Below, one piece after another: positions 20,301 through 28,636 of a DNA stretch of 54,339 nucleotides (its first letter is position 1; each line of letters opens with the position of its first letter). The translations under genes were made by a program, and so were the position numbers. The stretch spans positions 1 to 54,339 of the forward strand of contig CAYPWN010000003.1 in NCBI GenBank assembly GCA_964414525.1, given 5' to 3'. Under the pieces are notes generated by a model. That model ran no database searches. It had not been told where the DNA came from and was given only the letters and a program-made list of their open reading frames with translations. The DNA comes from an uncultured Candidatus Poseidoniales archaeon. Lineage in GTDB: Archaea > Thermoplasmatota > Poseidoniia > Poseidoniales > Thalassarchaeaceae.

Positions 20301-21126
20301 TCGTAGGGAGGTTCCATCTTGAGGTCGGGAGCCTCCAATCGGCGTCTGGCTCGAAGAGGTTCCTTCCGGCACCGAACCTCAGGTATACTATTGCACGAAG
20401 AATCAATGCTACCCCCAAGGAGGCGATCATCATTATCTGGGGTGTGGCGTTCTTTTCACGGAATCCTCGGTAGACCAGCCTGTCAATCAGGACGCCTGCA
20501 ATACCAGTTAGGACGAAGGCTGCAATCAGAGTCCAAATCAGTAGAGACCAGACTAGAACGTCGTCGCCTTCGGCGTCAGCTAGAGGGAAGAAGAAGTCGC
20601 TCCAGATCATCACGATGGAAAGGTACATTCCGAACATGAACAGCTCGCTCTGGGCGAAGTTCCCGTACCTCTGAACCTTGTAGGTCAGGGTCAGCCCTAC
20701 TGCGATGGCAAGATATGTGGATGACCAGGTCAGCGTACCTACGGCCATGGTGGCCATGTCAATTGTCACTGTGGAGTCCTTTCCTAGGCCCGTGAAAAGG
20801 AGCTCTAGAGTTAGCCATACTGACAATAGAATGAACAGCGGGGAGAAGGCGATTCCGAGAGTACGGAGTTTGCCCATTGGGACGTCGTCAAATAGTATCT
20901 TGACAAGTAGGAAAGCCCCGGAAATGGACTCTACAATCTGCAATAACCATACCATGTCATTTGGGACTTTGCCCCCCACTGAAAGGTCAACAAGGTTTAG
21001 AGAACCAAACTGGTATAGAAGGCCGATGCTCGAATCCAGAATTATCATCAGTGCGATTATTGCTCTCCTTTGCCCGCGAGAGGCTGAGTTCCATCTTTCT
21101 CTCAATTCGTGGAGCATCTCAGTCAC
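17371..21126 (-). CDS. Fused LivH-LivM ABC permease with extra N-terminal TM region, central TM2-like domain and extracellular insertions
   Basis: LivH motifs (AVGLTL.Y....NFAQ; KTRLGRRMRAVADN.DLA.SSGIN; IVLGTIGS) then LivM motifs (SLNL.TG.TG..NFG; RLRMDYFAIVTI; SPWGR.LRSIREDE.VA; IGG..NN.G) in one 1251-aa ORF. Confidence 0.9.
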   Translation of the reverse strand: MTEMLHELRERWNSASRGQRRAIIALMIILDSSIGLLYQFGSLNLVDLSVGGKVPNDMVWLLQIVESISGAFLLVKILFDDVPMGKLRTLGIAFSPLFILLSVWLTLELLFTGLGKDSTVTIDMATMAVGTLTWSSTYLAIAVGLTLTYKVQRYGNFAQSELFMFGMYLSIVMIWSDFFFPLADAEGDDVLVWSLLIWTLIAAFVLTGIAGVLIDRLVYRGFREKNATPQIMMIASLGVALILRAIVYLRFGAGRNLFEPDADWRLPTSRWNLPTRKLRINLGDREVAGVTLEDGTVEAGSYTGFECEGGNRIVHEGSKPVTEFYGLMTDCSTDFTTGYAYYKAAMPLVIFSSCLMLLVLLRKTRLGRRMRAVADNPDLAASSGINVERIQMTSAFLAAGISGLGGAIFAMLYRFTPELAFTLLLPSFAIIVLGTIGSVEGAIVGALVVGFVRTLSSPVLIGIGLDLGRSNYTALDGIMPYIFLVAILMIMPEGIGDAFEKWKVERLRSRAESDSEPSKEIGGLLAISPLGALGAHNFWRRKNSRGESMLIVTVAAYFVHRVSRFIAGNSFAEGSCSDACTENPAVSSNFEMVTGRADGVFVLEDSPLVEGDLLNQMSPPSDLTPFEAQQWTSDAVADMHHSWLSMMNFETGFVESLITIGELVWPAVPILVWLIAIIEGVYMLRGREEDPLDPAIRGMDYISSSIMSARNKASIEITERLNKVNELIVKFQDKLRSATDSIFSEHRPLSEGGALHSHPMLERLRERAPYGRESPFGSWALFTILVTTMLLFVWWLPVADQEGARFIKSLQVSNVLITLSVFSLMAFSLNLHTGVTGMINFGVIFFVGVGAITVGILTAPKDLHGYDWPVFWATVVAILLSAFFGWMLAYPTARLRMDYFAIVTISLGEIVRVLLMGEPLLRAGSWGSSIGISRYKLPLQSWWFCGSEVPTKEPLPGPDGLLGTADDLIQPFSPDECSDVVGIGSMGERVGELLNLGEPAPYMMLLAVMGISCMLLVWLLLDTVLKSPWGRILRSIREDEEVAQHHGHDVLTHKAASLALGAGIAALAGALWAWKLTGFQPSLMSPAKSTFLVWAAFVIGGAANNRGMVIGAFIIVLMEFVFNVLVAGQGSADLPLHDTAAKIDWLFAVLVNQSYDVAIVFALLAVLGALAGWKGLREVGIAGIIAMLFSGTMMGERSISESFIGGLEADMAYTKVFLIGCLILFSLKYNPKGLLPEVPSRPERPSGGEEA

Positions 21127-21184
21127 CAGGGCAGACCCGCCCTACTGATGGTGAGGTGGCGAAGTAATCATTGTTGGGGGGCGC

Positions 21185-21206
21185 CCGGCGGGCCGAGGCC
21201 CGCCGG
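21185..21206 (-). terminator. GC-rich hairpin between the substrate-binding gene and the permease gene (partial terminator or mRNA-stability element)
   Basis: Perfect 9-bp stem CCGGCGGGC/GCCCGCCGG with a 4-nt loop, extendable by several further pairs. Confidence 0.6.
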
Positions 21207-21232
21207 AACGCTTTACGTCCCACTTTTTCCAA

Positions 21233-24200
21233 TCAAGCTGTTGTGATTGATCCCGGGGTTCCGTCTCCGGATACCGAGATGTGCCTGTTGCAGGTGAAGG
21301 AAGCGACTCCGTCGGTGACCGTGAAGTCTCCGACGCAGTAGCCGTTTCCGCCTACGTCTCCGCTAGCGCTGAAGGAGTGAGTGCCGCTGGCCCCCACGAA
21401 TCCTTGGCCTGTAGCTGCGATCAGCTGGGTCATTGGCACTCCTGGCGCTGTAGCGCCCGCGAAGTACGCATATCCCATGATAATCATGGCGTCGAAGGCC
21501 TCTGCGGTGTATATCCCGCCTGCGCAGTCCGCGTTAGCTCCGCACAGCATTCCGAAGGCAACGGAGCGCTCGTTTGGCGTAGCCGATGCGGGCTTGGTGG
21601 CAACGATGCCAGCGCAACTGTCGTTGGCGGTCATCGATGTGCAAAGGCCCTCCTCGGCGACTCCGTCTCCTCCGTAAATGGAGCCATTGAAGCCCTGTGA
21701 CGCTAGCTCCTCAACGATAGCCGCTCCGTCTGCAGCGTAGGATATCAGCACCACGCTGTCGCAGCCGTCGCTGATGACCTGTGCCACCTGCGAAGTGAAG
21801 TCGGTGGTCGTCTCCTCGTAGCCAATCTTGTTGCACAGGTTGTCAGTGCCCCAGTGAGCCTCGAAGGCGTCTGCGAAGCCTGAGCCGTAGTCGTTGGTCA
21901 TGTGGACTAGAGCTGGGCTGGAGCTTCCGCCATCGGTCACTACGGCCGACAGTGCTGGTCCCTGTAGGGCGTCGCTTGGCACCACGCGGAAGAAGTGCGG
22001 GTACGCAGTTGCGTCGCTGAGGCCGGGGTTGGTGCTCGCGTAGGAGATCATGGGGATCCCTGCGGCGGAGAGGATTGCGTTGGCGCCCATAGAGGCGCCG
22101 GAGCAGGCTGCTCCCACTACACCGACCACGCCGGCGTCGATAAGTGCCTGAGCACCTGTGGCAGCAACGTCTCCACTGCATCCAGAGTCAGCATACACTA
22201 TCTCGAACTGTAGGCCGCTGCCCCAGCCTGCGATGTTCATCACGTTCAGGGCTATCTGGGAGGCTGCCGCGAAACCGGGCGCGTATACAGCGATCGGTCC
22301 CGTCGACGGGTTCAGGAACCCGATCTTGACGGTAGTCCCAGTGAACTCGTTGGCAGCGATGCCGCCGTCTCTGGTCCAGTGGGCCCTGCAGCTGAAGAAT
22401 ACGTCAGTAGACGAGATTGCATCGAACCTGCACAGGTCGTAACCTGCGCCGGCTACGTCGCCTGCGTCGTCGAACGTGTGGACGCCGCTGGCGCCCTGGT
22501 AGTCCGTCCCGACCATGTTGAGGTGCGACGCCATGTTGGCTCCGTCCTCCATCATGGCTGCCTGGCCGATCATCATCACTGCGTCGTATGTCTCGGAAGT
22601 GTAGATCCCGCCGGAGCAGTCCGCGTCCGCGGCGCACCTCTCGACGAAGTCTCCAGCGCTGGAGCCAGCTCGTGGCTTGGTAGCCTGAACGCCATTAGCG
22701 GCGGCAGGAGCGGTGAAGTCGTCCAAGAAAGCGCCGTCTGCGATTCCGTCTGCTCCGAAGAAGGGGAGTGAAACTCCAGCTCCGGCCATCTGCTCTAGGA
22801 TGGCTGCTCCGTCAGTAGAGTAGGTTACTGCCACCACTGAACCGCATCCAGCGTCGGCTATAGCCTGAATCTGGGATGTGAAGTCAGCTGTCGTGTCCTC
22901 GTATCCTATCTTGGTGCACAGGTTGTCAGTGCCCCAAGCGCCCTCGAATGCGTCTGCCAGACCAGAGCCGTAGTCGTTGGTCATGTGCAGAAGCGCGGGG
23001 TTGCTGGCTCCTGCAGCGGTGACCATTGCGGCCATTCCTGGTCCCTGGATTGCGTCGCTTGGGACGACTCTCCAGAATCCTGGGTAGGCGGATGCGTCGC
23101 TGAGGCCGGGGTTGGTGCTCGCGTAGGAGACCTGTACCACACCTGCAGCGTTCAGGACTGCGTTTGCGGCCATCGAGGCGCCAGAGCATGCTGCTCCGGC
23201 CACTCCGACCACGCCTGCGTCAACAAGGGACTGGGCTGCCGCACCGGCGACATCGCCGCTGCAGCCTGAGTCGGCCTCGATTAGCTCGAAGTTGCCGCCC
23301 ATTGCGTTCAGGTCGGCGATGGCCATCTGCGCTGCCACAGTGAAGGGCGGTGCGTAGACAGCGATAGGTCCGGTCATTGGGTTCAGCAGTCCGATCTTGT
23401 GAGTAACCACTACCACGGGGGCCACGAACACGGGGTTATCTGTGCCCATGTAGTGGGCAGCGATCTCGTCCGCGATTGCGTGGGCGATGTCGGCGTCGAA
23501 GCCGACTACGTTGCCGTCTGCATCGTAGCTCTCGAAGGGCGGGTAGAATGGATCGGTGCAGATCTTGATCTGCCCTGATTCCAAGATGGTCGTCAATGTG
23601 CTTCCCTCTGAGGGAGTCGGATACGAGGTTGCCGTGTCGGCTGTCGAATCGTCTGCCAGGGTCACTGCACCGTCGAAAGAGGCTCCGTAGATTGTGTCGT
23701 ACTCTCCAGAGTCGACTACAGCTCCGATAGCCACGTTCAGGGCGTCTAGGAGCTCGCCAGAGTCCTCTCTGACAGCGAACCCGAAGTTCTCGTCGGAGAA
23801 GGTCACCATCAGGGTTCCTTCCAGCGAGAGCACGGGTGCATCTCCCATAGCGTACATCACGTCGCCGTTGTTCAGTGCGGCTATGACTGACGGGAAGTCC
23901 TCGTAGGCGCTAATTGTCGCCGCTGCGAGGTTCTCATTGGCGTAAAGGTCCGAGGTCGTCCCCGACTGTACACCTATGGTTGTCCCTGCAGCGTTCAGAT
24001 CGCCTACTGCTGAGATAGACGCAGCACCGGAACCGCCGATAACACCCTGGCTACTTGTGTAGTAAGCCCTGGTGAAGTCAACGACTTCGTCGCGCGCATC
24101 CGTCTTGGTCATCGCCGAAATGATGACGTCGCACATTTCGCCGGCATTCAGGTTGGGGATGATGGGGTCCCAACCGGACTCCACCCATACGGCGCCAGCG

Positions 24201-24325
24201 TCGCTGGCCATGGTAATGGTCCAGTCAGACGTGTCGTCATCATCGTCCCCCCCTGCGCAACCGGCCATACTCGCGGCCAGCATACTCAGGGTAAGCATCA
24301 TTGCAATCATTTTCTTGCTATACAT
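21233..24325 (-). CDS. Multidomain ABC substrate-binding lipoprotein: permuted family-3 (GlnBP-like) domain plus two LivJ-like domains
   Basis: Lipobox LAASMAGC; family-3 motifs WD.IIP.L, T.AR..VVDFT..YY, GVQSGTTS, YPPFE..D..G...GFD.D; two copies of KIG.LNP.TGPIAVYAP..ADSGC..GV.GAACSGAS..SYASTNPGLSD..RVVPSDA.QG. Confidence 0.9.
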   Translation of the reverse strand: MYSKKMIAMMLTLSMLAASMAGCAGGDDDDDTSDWTITMASDAGAVWVESGWDPIIPNLNAGEMCDVIISAMTKTDARDEVVDFTRAYYTSSQGVIGGSGAASISAVGDLNAAGTTIGVQSGTTSDLYANENLAAATISAYEDFPSVIAALNNGDVMYAMGDAPVLSLEGTLMVTFSDENFGFAVREDSGELLDALNVAIGAVVDSGEYDTIYGASFDGAVTLADDSTADTATSYPTPSEGSTLTTILESGQIKICTDPFYPPFESYDADGNVVGFDADIAHAIADEIAAHYMGTDNPVFVAPVVVVTHKIGLLNPMTGPIAVYAPPFTVAAQMAIADLNAMGGNFELIEADSGCSGDVAGAAAQSLVDAGVVGVAGAACSGASMAANAVLNAAGVVQVSYASTNPGLSDASAYPGFWRVVPSDAIQGPGMAAMVTAAGASNPALLHMTNDYGSGLADAFEGAWGTDNLCTKIGYEDTTADFTSQIQAIADAGCGSVVAVTYSTDGAAILEQMAGAGVSLPFFGADGIADGAFLDDFTAPAAANGVQATKPRAGSSAGDFVERCAADADCSGGIYTSETYDAVMMIGQAAMMEDGANMASHLNMVGTDYQGASGVHTFDDAGDVAGAGYDLCRFDAISSTDVFFSCRAHWTRDGGIAANEFTGTTVKIGFLNPSTGPIAVYAPGFAAASQIALNVMNIAGWGSGLQFEIVYADSGCSGDVAATGAQALIDAGVVGVVGAACSGASMGANAILSAAGIPMISYASTNPGLSDATAYPHFFRVVPSDALQGPALSAVVTDGGSSSPALVHMTNDYGSGFADAFEAHWGTDNLCNKIGYEETTTDFTSQVAQVISDGCDSVVLISYAADGAAIVEELASQGFNGSIYGGDGVAEEGLCTSMTANDSCAGIVATKPASATPNERSVAFGMLCGANADCAGGIYTAEAFDAMIIMGYAYFAGATAPGVPMTQLIAATGQGFVGASGTHSFSASGDVGGNGYCVGDFTVTDGVASFTCNRHISVSGDGTPGSITTA

Positions 24326-24502
24326 AGTATACTCACTATCCGTAGGTCTCGCGGGCGAAGTTCGTGTTATAGAGATTGTTGATATATCCTTTATAAGTAA
24401 ATGAGGAAAAAGGGGGCTTTTTCGGAAATTTTGCGGGTTAAAAAAATACTAGAAAATAGAATTCTGAGATGTTCCTTCCGAGAGTATGAAGGTGTTGTTT
24501 CA

Positions 24503-25636
24503 ATGCGGGGGTTCGTGGATGAGCCTCTGAATTATGCATCTAGTGGGGTCGACATAGATCTCGAAGGTAAGGCTGTGGCCAGTCTGATTGGTTCCTTATC
24601 CCCGTCGTCTAGGGTTTCTGGAGAGCTTGGGGCACCAGTTCACCTCCCAGGGGGTTTTGGTGGGGTGATTGAGTTCGGAGAATCCTGCTTGGCGTTGGCC
24701 ACCGATGGAGTAGGCTCGAAATTGCAAATTGCCACCGAGTTAGGGCAGCTCTCTGGTGTTGGGCTGGATTGTGTTGCCATGAACGTGAACGACTTGATTT
24801 GCGTTGGTGCTGAGCCCTTGGCCTTTGTTGACTACATCGCAGTTCCTGAGGCAAATCCCAAAGTTCACTCCGAGTTGGGCGTATCTCTTTCAAGAGCTTG
24901 TGAGATTGCCAGGGTCACACTAGCTGGTGGGGAGACCGCCACCCTTCCGGGAATAGTGAATGATCTGGACCTTTCAGGCACTGCTCTGGGATGGTTCCCA
25001 AAGGGTTCCTGGATCACCGGAAAAGACCTCGAGGAAGGGGATGTTTTGATTGGACTCCCGAGCAGCGGAATCCACTCGAACGGTTACACCCTTGTTAGAG
25101 CGGTAATAGAGAGGTCTGGCTGCTCCCTGGTGGAAGAGTGTCCATTCGATTCCAGACATGCGGCTAGGGCAATTGAGATGTTCTCCGAGGAGGATCGTGA
25201 GCCTACTCTGGGCGAGGTGCTGCTGAACCCCACTAGGATTTACGTCGACCCAGTTGTGGACTTGGTGATCGACTCAAGGAGGGGAGGGGGGGTGTGTTCA
25301 ACCAAGTCGATCAAGGCTATAGCGCACATTACTGGGGGTGGGCTGTCGAACCTTTTGCGTCTGAATGAGTCTCTGGGTTGGCACATCGGGGACCCCCTCG
25401 AACCTCAGCCCGAATTCGAGTGGATCTCCGAAGTGGGATCCGTCGGGGCGAGGGAGATGTATCGAACATTCAACATGGGGATGGGGATGTTGGTCGCAGT
25501 CTCGTCGGATTCGGCTGATTCAATATCAAGGTGGCTGAACGAGAGACTCCCGGGAAGCAGGGTCGTAGGCGAGGTGACATCGAAAGGAAGAGTTGTGACT
25601 CACTCGGACCCCGATGTATGCTTCAGCGAGTACTAG
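24503..25636 (+). CDS. purM: Phosphoribosylformylglycinamidine cyclo-ligase (AIR synthetase)
   Basis: Y..SGVDI, TDGVGSK, DCVAMNVND..C.GAEPL.F.DY, GGETA.LP, PSSGIHSNGY, AHITGGG, EMYRTFNMG.G. Start is ATG 24503 or GTG 24515. Confidence 0.96.
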   Translation: MRGFVDEPLNYASSGVDIDLEGKAVASLIGSLSPSSRVSGELGAPVHLPGGFGGVIEFGESCLALATDGVGSKLQIATELGQLSGVGLDCVAMNVNDLICVGAEPLAFVDYIAVPEANPKVHSELGVSLSRACEIARVTLAGGETATLPGIVNDLDLSGTALGWFPKGSWITGKDLEEGDVLIGLPSSGIHSNGYTLVRAVIERSGCSLVEECPFDSRHAARAIEMFSEEDREPTLGEVLLNPTRIYVDPVVDLVIDSRRGGGVCSTKSIKAIAHITGGGLSNLLRLNESLGWHIGDPLEPQPEFEWISEVGSVGAREMYRTFNMGMGMLVAVSSDSADSISRWLNERLPGSRVVGEVTSKGRVVTHSDPDVCFSEY

Positions 25637-25675
25637 GTTCGTGAATGCCTTTTGTGCAAAGCTCCTCCGGGAGGC

Positions 25676-27007
25676 ATGGCAAGGGGCGGCGACGGCTCTC
25701 TAAGGGGCGTCAACCACCGAGAGGGCAGAACAACGATGCTCCTACCAGGGCATCCCCCTACTTCCTCGCAAGGTCCCGGTTCCAAGGCCTCCGGAGAAGT
25801 GTTCTACAATCCCGCAATGGCGGGCAGCAGGACCAGGAGCGTCCTCCTGTTGAGGCATGCGATAGACGAGGGTTTGCTTGGAAAGGGGACGATTTATGCG
25901 CTTGACGGACTAACCGCCAGTGGACTGAGGGCCAGAAGGTGGCTTAACGAGCTCCCAACTGAAATGGCGAGCAGGATCTCTGCCACCATTGTGGACTTGG
26001 ACGAAGAGGCTCTTGGGTGGGCCCAAGACTCCCACAAACATTTCCCGCCAAGGCACGGAAACGGAGAGCTTCGGCTAGTTAGTGGGGACTTACGTGTGGA
26101 AGTCCTGAGAAGCGGAAGACACTGGGTGGACATCGACCCCTACGGATCTCCAACTCCGTTCATCGACTCTGCCCTGCAGTCAATGGCAAGGAGCGGCGTA
26201 ATGGAGGTCAGCGCAACGGACACCGCTGCACTAACAGGGTCGTCAAAGACTGCACTGATGAGACGCTACGGGGCTAGAGTGCGCACGGACAGCCTGTCAC
26301 ACGACTCTGGCATGAGGGTGCTGCTGGCGACTTTGTCAAGGGCAGCCGCGAAGCATGACCGTTCTATTCAGCCACTACTCTCGGTATGGGACTCCCACCA
26401 CCTAAGAGTTTCATTCAGAGTGGTGAAGGGGGTCTCGGCGGCGAATAACCTTGAAGAATCGATAGGGTGGAGGGTTTTTTCTCCTACGAAAGAGGAAGTT
26501 GCTGCTTCGATAGGGTTTGGGATGCACCCTCCTAGCAGTATGGACTCCCTGCCAATGCATTGCATGCTCCCACTAGGCTTCCCCCTTGAAAGAGAAGACG
26601 CTCGGATCTCGGGGCCTCTATGGATCGGGCCAACAGGAGACGCTTCTGCGATGTCTTCTATGACTGAAGAGGGGGCTCTGGAGATCTGCGGGCCCGAGTT
26701 CTTCGAAGGGGATCCTGTGGGGTGGGACGAGAGGAGATTTGAGATGGAGAGGAGGGCAGTAGCGAGGAGCGTGAGGAGCCTTGCCGAAGAGGCGCCGGCT
26801 ATCAGCTCACACCACCTGATCGTGGTCGACGACCTGTCCTCGTGGCTTGGAACTGGGGCGCCTCCAAGCCCCCGGAGGATTGTGGAAATTCTGAGGGATG
26901 CCGGTCACTCTGCAGGTCTGTCCAGCTATGGCAGGCCTTCATTCAGAACTGACTCTCCTTGGGAGGACATAGTGACGGCTGCGGAGTCTATTCAACCACC
27001 GATGTAG
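25676..27007 (+). CDS. trm1: tRNA (guanine-26 N2)-dimethyltransferase Trm1
   Basis: VFYNPAM..SR..SV, DGL.ASGLRA.R, VDIDPYGSP.PF.D, VSATDTA.L.G, RRY, H..GMR.LL, GPLW.G. ATG 25676 follows GGAGG. Confidence 0.9.
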   Translation: MARGGDGSLRGVNHREGRTTMLLPGHPPTSSQGPGSKASGEVFYNPAMAGSRTRSVLLLRHAIDEGLLGKGTIYALDGLTASGLRARRWLNELPTEMASRISATIVDLDEEALGWAQDSHKHFPPRHGNGELRLVSGDLRVEVLRSGRHWVDIDPYGSPTPFIDSALQSMARSGVMEVSATDTAALTGSSKTALMRRYGARVRTDSLSHDSGMRVLLATLSRAAAKHDRSIQPLLSVWDSHHLRVSFRVVKGVSAANNLEESIGWRVFSPTKEEVAASIGFGMHPPSSMDSLPMHCMLPLGFPLEREDARISGPLWIGPTGDASAMSSMTEEGALEICGPEFFEGDPVGWDERRFEMERRAVARSVRSLAEEAPAISSHHLIVVDDLSSWLGTGAPPSPRRIVEILRDAGHSAGLSSYGRPSFRTDSPWEDIVTAAESIQPPM

Positions 27008-27990
27008 GACATCTCTATCCTTGGAAGTGATGATGTCTCAGAAGACCTGACCTCGCTATACCTGTCCGTTCGACGGGACCAGACCGCCGAGACCGCGTCG
27101 GTAATCTCCTGTACACCTGAGTCTCCGTGGATGATTGCCCTCAGGTCATGCCCCCCAGAGGCGAAAAGGCAGGTGAATAGATGACCATCTGCAGAGAGCC
27201 TGGCCCTGACACAATCTCCGCAGAAGGGCTCCGAAACAGAGGAAATGAAGCCTATCTCGCCCGAGCCGTCTGAATGGGCCCACCTTGTCGCGACGTCGCT
27301 GGGAGACTGGGGCTCGACTTGGAGAAGGTCGAACTCCCCTCTGAGTTTATCAATTAGCTCGGAAGACCTCACGACCTGGCTTGGAATCCAGCCGTTCGTT
27401 CTTCCCACGTCCATGTACTCGATGAATCGAACCGTCACCCCTGTCCCCTTGAAGTGCCTCACTAGGCTAGGGACTTCCGACTCGTTTACGCCCCTCTGGA
27501 CTACGCAGTTCACCTTCACCGGTCCCAAATCGTGATCCAATGCAGAATTAATCCCGTCTAGGACGTCACCGACAGGAACAGAGCAATCTGCCATCCTGGA
27601 ATGGATGTCCGGATCGAGCGCATCTAGGCTCACAGTCACTCGATCTAGTCCGGAGTCGGCTAGAGTGGTGGCATGTTTTGAAAGGAGGGATGCGTTGGTT
27701 GTGAGAGCGACCTCGACACCAGTTTGTCCGAGCATTCGCACGAGTTCGTGTAGATTAGGCCTCAGCAACGGCTCTCCACCAGTGATCCTCACCTTCCTCA
27801 ATCCGATAGGTATGCATGCCCTAACGAACTTCTCAATCTCCTCGAAACTCAAAAGGGCCCTCTTGGGGAGGAACGTGTGGCCGTCGCCGAACCTCTCTCT
27901 GGGCATGCAATACCTGCACCTGAAGTTGCACCTGTCCGTCACAGAAATGCGAAGGTCCCTGAGGGGCCGGCCTAGCTTGTCCCTGATCAC
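26992..27990 (-). CDS. moaA: GTP 3',8-cyclase (radical SAM, molybdenum cofactor biosynthesis)
   Basis: D.LGRPLRDLRISVTDRCNFRC.YCMP, RITGGEPLLR, RFIEYMDVG, IGFISSVSEPFC.DC.RARL..DG.L.TCLF, MSYIGG C-terminus. Start GTG 27990. Confidence 0.96.
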   Translation of the reverse strand: MIRDKLGRPLRDLRISVTDRCNFRCRYCMPRERFGDGHTFLPKRALLSFEEIEKFVRACIPIGLRKVRITGGEPLLRPNLHELVRMLGQTGVEVALTTNASLLSKHATTLADSGLDRVTVSLDALDPDIHSRMADCSVPVGDVLDGINSALDHDLGPVKVNCVVQRGVNESEVPSLVRHFKGTGVTVRFIEYMDVGRTNGWIPSQVVRSSELIDKLRGEFDLLQVEPQSPSDVATRWAHSDGSGEIGFISSVSEPFCGDCVRARLSADGHLFTCLFASGGHDLRAIIHGDSGVQEITDAVSAVWSRRTDRYSEVRSSETSSLPRIEMSYIGG

Positions 27991-28069
27991 GACTTTCTCC
28001 GCGAAGAAGATAGTGATGAGCTTGTCTGACGAGAGAACAGGTTGAAGAATAGGTGATTGTTGCCTACTA

Positions 28070-28636
28070 TTGATGCTAAAGATAACCGATAAGGCCAAGG
28101 AGATGCTGCAAAGCTTCGTAGAACAGGCCGAGAACGATGATCCTATGGCACTCAAGGTGGAAATCGTGGGTCGTGGACCCAAGGGCTTCCAATACGACTT
28201 GCAACTAATCGGCAGGGGTGACGCGCTAGACGACGACGTGGAGTCGGAGGTAGACGGTCTCGCCGTGTTCGTCAGTGCAAAAAGCGCTCAATACCTAGAA
28301 GGAACCACTCTGGACTACAAGGAGACCCTAATGGGGGGTGGCTTCAGCTTCGAGAACCCAAATCCGCTATGGATGGATGACCTATCGAAGGCTGTTGCGG
28401 ATGTAATTTCAGAGAAGGTGAACCCAGTGGTTGCTTCGCACGGAGGCCATGTTGATCTAATAGGAATAGACGACGGGAAGGCAGTCATAGCCTTCGGAGG
28501 AGGATGCCAGGGGTGTGGGATGGTAGATGTTACACTCAGACAGGGTGTCGAGGTGATGATCACAGAGGGCGTACCAGGGGTTTCTGGGGTGATTGACGTC
28601 ACTGACCACGCAGCCGGAACCAACCCCTTCTACTAG
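28070..28636 (+). CDS. nfuA: Fe-S cluster carrier NfuA (degenerate A-type domain plus NifU C-terminal domain)
   Basis: ITDKA..., L.G.TLDY..TLMGGGF.F.NPN, VNP.VASHGG.V, FGGGCQGC, DVTDH..G.NPFY. Confidence 0.9.
   Translation: MMLKITDKAKEMLQSFVEQAENDDPMALKVEIVGRGPKGFQYDLQLIGRGDALDDDVESEVDGLAVFVSAKSAQYLEGTTLDYKETLMGGGFSFENPNPLWMDDLSKAVADVISEKVNPVVASHGGHVDLIGIDDGKAVIAFGGGCQGCGMVDVTLRQGVEVMITEGVPGVSGVIDVTDHAAGTNPFY

Noticed and set aside
27991..28182. N-terminal extension of moaA in the ORF track
   Set aside because: It overlaps the divergent nfuA; MoaA homology starts at GTG 27990.
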